Positions 54,731 to 64,000 of a DNA stretch of 64,000 bases are shown in pieces. The position numbers and the translations under genes are program-made. Position 1 is the first letter of the stretch. Every line of letters begins with the position of its first letter. The notes beneath the pieces are model-generated. The model did not search any database. It was given only the letters and a program-made list of their open reading frames with translations, and had not been told where the DNA came from. Source of the stretch: the human T2T-CHM13v2.0 reference genome, Homo sapiens; the NCBI RefSeq assembly GCF_009914755.1, contig NC_060928.1; one strand, written 5' to 3'.

Positions 54731-55169
54731 AATACTATGTGTTGCTTATCTATAAATTCCTAAAGGACAGGAACCATGCTCATTCACTTTTGTAACCATA
54801 GTGCCTGACACATACGGGATATTCAGTAAATATCTGCTGAACAGAACTGAATAATTAACACTAATAGGTCCCTAAATCTCTTTGCACTTACTGACTTATT
54901 TCTTATTTGGTATATTATCAATTTTTCCATGATTGTTTCTTTAAAAATTAATGAATTTATGATTTATTTATACAGTAAATATTTATTGAGTGGTAATTGT
55001 ATGAAAGATACTTCTAGATAGTGGGAAAACAAGAATAACAAATCAGTATTAAATGATTTAGATACACATTTGTTGGATAAATAAGACAATTTCATTAGTC
55101 ATTTGAAACAAAAAAAATTAGTGAGCCCATACTCTGTTCCAGGCACTACTCTGGAAGGAAGAAAATTCT

Positions 55170-56510
55170 GGGAGGAGAGGAAGGAGGTAGCACATATAGA
55201 CTATTTTTAAGAGTTTTTTGATTGTACTGAAGACAGAAAGCTTAGGCAGTAGTTGGAAGAATTGGTGAGGTCAAGAGTTTTTCTATATGAGAGAAATAAT
55301 TGTATATAGGTATTACTGATATGAATGATCCAGCAGTGTCAGAAAAACTGGTGATGTGGGAGACAGTGGGTTCAATTAATGGAACAATGGTGTTGAGAAA
55401 GTTTAAAAAGGCAAGTATTTACTGCACCAATGGATGGTTTTACCTTAGGTAGTGGCACAGTTTATCTATGGTTGTAAAGGGAAAACAGAGCAGATGGACA
55501 CAGATACAAGGAGATGGAAGATGTGGAAGTCCTCTGGTGAGTCCTGTTTTCTAGGTGAAATAAGCAAGTGATCATCCACACGTGAACGTGGAGAGTATTG
55601 GTTTAAGGAAAAAAGAGAAGCAGAGCGATAGTCACCTGAGAAAATTACTGGACTATTAAATGTAATAAAATAGCTGGGCATTATTAAGGGTTGGTTCTCT
55701 TGAGGTTAGAGATCATGAATTGAAAGTGAGCTTCACCATTCAATATATGGTATTTCTCCAGGTACAGTCTGATGCAGGGGTAAGGTCACAGCAGGCAGAG
55801 AGGTGAGCTTAACCAGGTCAGATACTTTATCAAGTAATTTCAATGAAGGAAAAAAGAGGCAGTGCTGTTGAATCTGGTTGCAAGGGAGGTGGTACATGCT
55901 TATATTTAAGATCATGGAAGGCCTGCAATAGAAATAACTGGAGAAGCCCAGGGCTCAATTCTTAGACCGTCTTTTTCCTCCTTCCTTTGCTAGGTGATCT
56001 CATCCAGCCTTGAGGCCCTGCAAATCATCAATAGGCAGGTGTATTTCAAATTTATAACTCCAGCCTGGACCTCTATCCTGAAATACAGCCCCCTTCTCAA
56101 CATCTTGATAAAATTGGATATCTAAGAGGCATGAGACTTTCAAAAAACTCTGGACTTTTCCCACAGACCTGGTACTTCCATGGTTTCACCCATCTTAATA
56201 GATGGCAGCCCTGCTCTTTTGGTATCTCAAGCCAAAACCTTCAGAGCCATCCTTTAGGCTTCCATTTCAAATGTAATATCTAATTAATCAGCAAATCCTA
56301 CACCATCAGAATATACCCCTCTCTCCATGTCCATTACTATTTACTTTGGATTACTGTAGCACCTTCCAATTTGTCTCCCTGTGCCCATGCTTGTCCACAC
56401 AAATAGTTCCTCAATATGGTAGCCCTGGTGTGCTTTTTAAAATTTAACCCAATTTATGTTCTCCCCACTCTCAACATGCTTTAAATGGGTTTCCCAATTA
56501 AGTCCCAGGT
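55170..56510. mobile_element. L2 fragments (minus strand to about 55900, plus strand from about 55940)
   Basis: cagggctcaattcttagacc...ctaggtgatctcatccagcc...tccagcctggacctctatcctgaa...ggatatctaagaggcat. Confidence 0.6.
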
Positions 56511-56534
56511 TCTTACCTGATGGCAGCCACCCCT

Positions 56535-57981
56535 ATCTAATTTTAACTTTATACTCTTTGGCCAACTTCTCCCAATCCTTCTAAGCCTCTTCTCCCTAGT
56601 CTCTCTTCTGCTCTGCTTCTATGATACCTTTTTTTTTTTTTTTTTTTTTTAAGATTCCACATATGAGTGAGATTATGTAGTACTTGTCTTTCTGTGTCTG
56701 GCTTATTTCACTTAACATGATGTCCTACAAGTTCACATGTTCTCATAAATGACAACACTTCATTCTTTTTATGACTAAATAGCATTCCATTGTGAATATA
56801 TATCACATTGTATTTATCCATTCATTTAGTTGGAGACTTAAGGTTGTTTCCACATTTTGGGTCTTGGAAATAGTGCTGCGATAAACATGGGATTTCAGAT
56901 ATCTCTTTGATATATTTATTTCATTTTCTTTGGATGTATACCCATTAGTTGGATTGCTGGATCCTATGGTAGTTCTGTTTTTAATTGTTTGAGGAACCTC
57001 TATACTGTTTTCTCTAATGGCTGTGCTAGTTAACAATCTAACCAACAGTGCATAAGTTGTGGCCTCTCTTCACACCCTTACTAACACTTGTTTTGTCTTT
57101 TTGATAATTAGAGACTTTTGCCCATTTTTCAAGTTGTATTGTTTCTTCAAATTTGAGTTGTTTAAATTCACTATATATTCAGGATATATACACTATATAT
57201 TCAGATGGGTAGTTTGTAAATATTAATATTTTCTCCTTTTCTGTATGTTATCTCTTCACTCTGTTAATAGTTTCCTTTGCTGTTCAAAAGCTTTTTCATT
57301 TGATATAATCTCATTTTCCTATTTTTGCTTTTGCTGCCTATGATTTTGAAGTTATTTAAAAATTATCTTTGCCAAGCCAAATGTCATGAAACATTTCCCC
57401 TATATTTTCTTCTGGTAGTTTCACAGTTTTAGGCTTTACATTTAAGTATTTAATTCATTTTGATTTGACTTTTGCATATAGTCTAGTCTTATTTTTCTGC
57501 ATGTGATGATGCAATTTTCCAGCACCATTTATTGAAAGACTGTCTTTTACCCAATATATATTCTTGGCACCCTTGTTGAATATCCGCTGTAGGCATGTGA
57601 ACTTATTTCTGGGTTTTCTACGCTGTTCAATTGGTCTATGAGTCTGTTTTTTATGCCAGTATCATGCTGTTTTGGTTACTAGAGCTTTGTAGCATATTTC
57701 AGGTAGTATGAAGAACCTCCTACAATATTCTTTTTGCTCTGAATTCCTTTGGCTATTTGGGGTGTTTAGTAGTTCCACATGAATTTTAGAATTTCTTTTA
57801 TATTTATGTGAAAAATATCATTGGTATTTTGATACATATTCCATTAAATCTGTAGGTTGCTTTGGATAGTATGGTCATTTTAACAATATGAATTCTTCTA
57901 CTTCATGAACACTGGATAGCTTTCCATTTTTTCAGTGTCTTCACATTCGTTCAGAAAAGGTTTATAGGTCTTAGTGTATGG
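56535..57981 (-). mobile_element. L1MA (about MA4-8) 3'UTR and ORF2 3' portion
   Basis: agattccacatatgagtgagattatgtagtacttgtctttctgtgtctggcttatttcacttaacat...ttgaggaacctctatactgtttt. Confidence 0.88.
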
Positions 57982-58059
57982 AATTTTATTACTTTCTATT
58001 TTTATTTCAATAGATTTTTGGTAACTGGTTTTTGGTTACAATGATAAGTTCATTAGTAA

Positions 58060-61000
58060 GGTGTAAGGTGGTATCTCATTGTGGTTTTAATTTGCATTTC
58101 CCTGATGATTAGTGATGTTGAGCATTTTTTCATATGTTTGCTGGCCATTTGTATATCTTCTTTTGGGAATTATTTATTTTTGTCCTTTGCCCACTTTTTG
58201 ATGTGATTATTTGTTTTTTTCTTGCTGATTTATTTGAGGTCCTTGTACGTTATGAATATTAGTCTTTTGTCAGTACATAGTTTGCAAATATTTTCTCCCA
58301 ATTTGTGGGTTGTCCATTTACTCTGCTGATTATTTCTCTTGCTGTGCAGAAGCTTTTTAGTTTAATGAGGTTCCATTTATTTATTTTTGTTTTTGTCGCA
58401 TTTGCTTTTGGGGTCTTAGTCATAAATTCTTTGCCTAAGCCAATGTCTAGAAGTTTTCCCAATGTTGTCTTCCAGAATTTGTATGCTTTCAGCTCTTAGA
58501 TTTAAGTCTTTGATCCATCTTGAGTTGATTTTTGTATAAGGCGAGAGATGAGGATCCAGTTTCATCCCTCTATATGTGGTTTGTCAGTTTTCCCAGCACT
58601 ATTTATTGAGTAGGATGTTCTTTCCCCAATTTATGTTTTTGTAAACTTTGACAAAGATCAGATTGCTGTAACTATTTGGCTTTATTTCTGGGTTCTCTAG
58701 TCTGTTCCATTGGTCTACATGCCTATTTTCATTCCAGTACTATGCTGTTTTGGTAACTATATCCTCGAAGTGTGATTTGAAGTCAGATAATGTGATGCCT
58801 CCAGATTTGTTCTTTTTGCTTAGTCTTGCTTTTGCTATGTGGGTTCCTTTTTGGTTCCATATGCATTTTAGGATTGTTTTTTCTAGTTCCGTGAAGAATA
58901 ATGATGGTATTTTGATGGGAATTGCATTGAATGACCAGATTGCTTTTGGCAATATGGTCATTTTCACAATATTGATTCTACCCATCCATGAGCATGGGAC
59001 CTGTTTCCGTTTGTTTGTGTCATCTATATTTCTTTCAGCAGTGTTTTGTAGTTTTCCTTGTAGAGGTCTTTCACCTCCTTAGTTAGGTATATTCCTTTAT
59101 TTTTTTTTCAGCTATTATAAAAGGGGTCGAATGACAATTCAATCGATGTCTTCTTTACCAATTTGGATGCCCTTTATTTCTTTCTCTTGTCTGATTGCTC
59201 TGGTCAGGACTTCCAGTACTATGTTGAATAGAAATGGTGAAAGTGAGCATCCTTGTCTTGTTCCAGTTCTCAGGGGGAATGCTCTCAATGCTTTTCCATT
59301 CAGTATTATGTTGCCTGTGGGTTTGTCATATATAGCTTTTATTACTTTGAAGTAAGTCCTTTTTATGCCTATTTTGTTCAGGGTTTTAATTATAAAGGGA
59401 TGCTGGATTATATCAAATGCTTTTTCTGTGTCTATTGAGATGATCATATGGTTTTTGTTTTCAACTATGTTTATGTGATGTATCATATTTATTGACTTGC
59501 ATGTGTTAAACCATCCCTGCAACTCTGGTATGAAATTCACTTGATCATGATGTATTATGTTTTTGATATGCTGTTCAATTTGTTTAGCTAGTATTTTATG
59601 AAGGATTTTTGTATCTATGTTTAACAGGGATATTGTTCTGTGGTTTTCTTTTTTTGTTTTGTTCTTTCTGGGTTTTGGTATTAGGGTGATACTGGCGTTA
59701 TAGAATGATTTAGGGAGGATTCTCTCTTTATCTTTTGGAATAGTTTTAGTAGGATTGGTACCAATTCTTCTTTGAATGTCTGATAGAATTCAGCTGTGAA
59801 TCCATCTGGTCCTGGACTTTTTTTTTTGTTGGCAGCTTTTTTTATTACTGATTCAACCTGGCTGTTAGTTATTGGTCTGCTCAGGGTTTCTATTTCTCCC
59901 TGATTTAATCTAGGAGGGTTGTATATTTTCAGGAATTTATCAATTTCCTGTAGGTTTTCTTGTTTGTATGCATAAAGTTGTCCATAGTAGCCCTGAATAA
60001 TCTTTTGTATTTCTGTGGTATTGGTTGTAATATCTCTTGTTTCATTTCTAATTGAGCTTAATTGAATCGTCTCTCTTCTTGGTTAATCGTACTAATGGTC
60101 TATCCATTTTGTTTATTTTTTCAAAGAACCAGCTTTTTGTTTCATTTATCTTTTGTATTTTTTTCTTTCATTTTCATTTAGTTCTGCTCGGATCTTTGTT
60201 ATTTTTTTTCTTCTGCTATGTTTGGGTTTAGTTTGTTCCTGTCTCTTAAGTTCCTTGAGGTGTGATATTAGGTTGTTTATTTGTGCTTTTTCACTTTTTC
60301 ATGTAGGCATTTAATGCTATTAACTTTCTTCTTAGCACTGCTTTTGCTGTATCCCAGAGGTTTTGATAAGTTGTGCCACTATTATCATTCCTTTCAAAGG
60401 ATTTTAAAATTTCCATCTTGATTTTATTGTTAAGCCAAAAATCATTCAAGAGCAGATTATTAAATTTCCATGTTTTTATAAAGTCCTGAGGGTTCCTTTT
60501 GGAATTGATTTCCAGTTTTATTCTACTGTGGTCTGAGAAGATACTTGATATGATTTTGATTTTCTTAAATTTAATGAGAATGATTTTGTGGTTTATCATA
60601 TGGTCTATCTTGTAGAATGCTCCATGTGCTGATGAGAAGAATGTATATTCTGTGGTTGTTGGGAAGAACTTTCTGTAAATATCTGCTAAGTCCATTTGTT
60701 CTATGGTATAGCTTAAGTCCATTATTTCTTTGTTGACTTTCTAACTTCATGATCGACCTAGCGCTGTCAGAGGAGTATTGAAGTCCCCCACTATTATTAT
60801 ATTGCTGTATATCTCATTTCTTAGGTCTAGTAGGTATTGTTTTATAAATTTGGGAGCTCCATTGTTAGGTGCATATAAATTTAGGATAGTAGCATCTTTC
60901 TGTTGGACTAATCTTTTATCAGTATATAATGTCCTTCTTTGTCTTGTTTTACTGTTGTTGCTTTAAAGTCTGTTTTGTCTGATGTAAAAATAGCTACTCT

Positions 61001-61205
61001 TGTTTTTTGTTTCCACTTGCATGGAATATCTTTTTCCACCTGTTTCCCTTAAGTTTATTTGAGTCCTTATGTGTTAGGTGCATCTCTTGAAGACAACAGA
61101 TATTTGGTTAGTGGCTGTTTTATCCATTCTGCTATTCTGTATGTTTTAAGTGGAGCCATTTACATTCATCATTAATATTGAGATGTGAAGTACTGTTCTA
61201 TTCAT
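58060..61205 (-). pseudogene. Decayed L1 ORF2 (endonuclease / reverse transcriptase)
   Basis: Start [17 protein letters not shown] at 61205. EN part ...[18 protein letters not shown]...SDH. RT part ...[26 protein letters not shown]. Also [15 protein letters not shown]. Many stops. Confidence 0.92.
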
Positions 61206-61275
61206 CATGTTAGTTGTTTCCTAGATACTTTCTTTTTTATTGTGTTATTGTTTTATATACCCTATGAGATTTATT

Positions 61276-61568
<293 letters not shown>

Positions 61569-61589
61569 GAGATTTATTCTTTAAGGAGG

Positions 61590-62580
61590 TTCTATTTTGG
61601 TGTATATTGAACTTTTGTTTTAAGATTTAGAACTTCTTTTAGGATTTCTTGTAGTGCTGGGTTGGTAGGGGCAAATTCCCTCAGTGTTTGTTTGTCTGAA
61701 AAATACTTTCCCTCTCCTTCATTTATGAAGCTTAGTTTTGCTGGATAAAAAAAGTCTTAGCTGACAACTTTTTTGTTTAAGAAGGTTTAAATATAGGGCC
61801 CCAATCCCTTCTGGCTTGCAAGGTTTCTGATGAGAGATCTGCTGTTAATCTGATAGGTTTGACTTTATAGGTTGCCTGATGCTTTTTTCTCACAGTTCTT
61901 AAGATTCTTTCCTTTGTCTTGACTTTAGATAGCTTGATGATGATGTGCCTTAGTGATGGTCTTTGTGCAATTAATTTCCCAGGAGTTTTTAAAGCTTCTT
62001 GTATTTGCAGGTCTAGATCTCTAACAAGGCCAAGAAAGTTTTCCTCAATTATTCCCTCACATAAGTTTTTCAAACTTTTATACTTCTGTTCTCCATCCAG
62101 AGCACGATTTATTCTTAGGTTTGACCATTTTACATAATCCCATATTTCTTGGAGACTTTGTTCATTAAAGAAAAATTGTTTTTGTCTTTGTCTGATTGGG
62201 TTAATTTGAAAGCCTTGTCTTTGAGCTCTGAAATTCATTCTTCTATTTGTTCTAGTCTATTGTTGAAACTTTCCACTGCATTTTGTATTTCCATGGCATG
62301 TCTTTCATTTCGAGAAGTTCTGATTTTTTTAATGATATCTATTTCTCTAGAAAAATTTTCATCCATATTCTGGATTATTTTTGAAATTTCTTTAAGTTGC
62401 TTTTCACCTTCTCTGGTATCTCCTTGACTAGCTGAATAGTCAACCTTCTGAATTCTTTATCTGGCATTTCAGAGATTTCTTGGTTTGGATCCATTGCTGG
62501 GAGCTAATGTGATCTTTTGGGGGTGTTATAGAACCTTGTTTTGTCATATTACCAGAATTACTTTCCTAGTTCCTTCTCAT
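61590..62580 (-). pseudogene. Decayed L1 ORF1
   Basis: EQSLQEIWDYVK...IIEENF...QIQEA...PIRLTADLSSETLQARRDWGPIFK (ORF 61777-62238). Probable ATG at 62580. Confidence 0.9.
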
Positions 62581-64000
62581 TTGGGTAGACTATTTCTTTA
62601 AATTGTTCTTGAATTTATTTTTGATGGGACTGAGGTTTTTTTTTTTTATTTTTTCCCTCTTAAGGATCTGACTTTAATGTTTATATTTTATTTTAGCCTA
62701 ATTTAATTCTTGGTGCTTTTAGGGTGAAGACTTTGTATGAGTTCCTTAGTTATAGAGAGACGTTGTGTGTTGGTTTTTCCAAATGTTGTTTGTAGTAGTT
62801 ATGTACTTGTTGTGTGGGCAAGTTCACTGTCTCCTATGGAGTTGGAATGGCAGGGATCTCTTGAAGTTTATCTCATTCTCTTGTGATGTATACTTTATTT
62901 ATTTAACTTTACTCCAGTATTTTATTTACTGAGTTGATGATTCAGGCTTCAGTCCAATAGGAGAGGTAGCCCTTGGTAGTCACTGGTTGTAGCTAAGGCA
63001 GGTGGGTACATGTAATCCTCAGTGGTGGGCAGGGATCCCAGCCTTGATGAAGGTGGCTAAGGGAGTTCTCAATTAGATGTCCTGAGGTTGTACCAGGATG
63101 AAGGGTGTGAGCTACCTCAGTTCCCCTGCCAGGCCAACAGAAAAGTTATCCACCTCATAGCCTCACTCCTGTACCAGTGTTCTGGCTATTCAGATCATAC
63201 GGGCACCTCTTTTCATGTGTAGGAATGTTGACGCTCCAAGTAGCGGGGAATTGTGACCTTGCCTCTTATGCAGGCCTGAATATGGAGAGTACTCCCCCTG
63301 TTGGGCTGCAATCACCATGAATGGTTCCAGGAAGGCTGTCTATAGACGCATATACACTGCATTCTTGTGATAGAAACTCCAGTTGTGTCCGCAGTGATGT
63401 ACCAGGGTTGAACAAGGATCTCTTCTCCAAGACCCTTCATGATCACAGAGGCTGCCTGCCTGTTGGGGTAGAGGTGCTGACTTTCTCTATTGTGCCCAGC
63501 TCTGCACTTGGGTCACTGCTGAAAGAAACATTCCACCAGTGGAAAGATCTGGGACTCAAGCCTGCTGTTCACACTCTTTTGTTCCATGGGGTGTTCTCTT
63601 GATATGGTGTTCTCTCCCTTCCCCTAAAAATGGGACTTCTTGAGAGCTGTACTGCAGTGATTACTATTGATCTTCTGGGTCTAGCCACCCAGTAGGGCTA
63701 CCAGACTCTGGGCTGGTGATGGAGAATGTCTGCAAAGGATCCAGTGATGTGACCTTTTTTCAAGTCTCCCAGCAATGGATACCAGCACCTGCTTTGAATG
63801 GAGGTGGCAGGGGAGTGACGTAGACTGAGATTCCTTGGTTGTCAATAGGCTTAGTGTGCTGGCTTTCTTGAATGCTGGTTATACTAATAGTGAACTTGTC
63901 ATGTGGACAGACTCAGGACCCCTGGATAGCCAGGGTATTGCAGGCAGTGGTGTAAGCTGAGATCCCACAGCTGTTTTCTCCTTCCTGAGAGCAGTGATAT

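Larger units (their letters stand above)
49940..54850 (+). mobile_element. L2 copy split by LTR12C and THE1D insertions
   Basis: L2 sequence at 49940-50196, 51779-52373 and 54736-54850 (taaattcctaaaggacaggaacc...catagtgcctgacacatac...cagtaaatatctgctgaa). Confidence 0.7.

Overview
This is eukaryotic, not prokaryotic, DNA. It is AT-rich, CpG-poor primate sequence (hominoid, probably human), judged from AluY/AluS/AluJ, L1PA/L1PB, LTR12 and THE1/MST elements. Roughly half is recognisable transposable-element debris (rough estimate by eye): Alus, L1s of several ages, L2/MIR, MaLR/ERV LTRs, and Tigger and hAT DNA transposons. I cannot support any intact protein-coding gene, RNA gene or CRISPR array. 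Most of the longer ORFs in the track are Alu, L1, LTR or Tigger read-throughs, and the rest look like chance ORFs. Most long L1 and LTR elements lie on the minus strand, which suggests, but does not prove, an intron of a plus-strand gene. A few isolated exon-like segments exist, but I do not recognise the host gene. I found no new biological system. The best signals are local mutational and retrotransposition events readable from the sequence: (1) an L1PA 3' transduction of 192 bp with a second polyA signal and a 12-bp TSD (2696-3419); (2) a templated insertion in Tigger2 copying 34 bp exactly from 2.1 kb away, with iterative re-priming (37411-37515); (3) an AluY with an inverted 5' part (27424-27690); (4) three Alus inserted successively into one target site (44055-44960); (5) a 46-bp fold-back inverted duplication inside a MIR (30375-30488); (6) an intact solo LTR12C promoter and a two-LTR THE1D element nested in one L2. 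Repeat subfamily names come from my recall of consensus sequences, not a database search, and boundaries of old elements are approximate.
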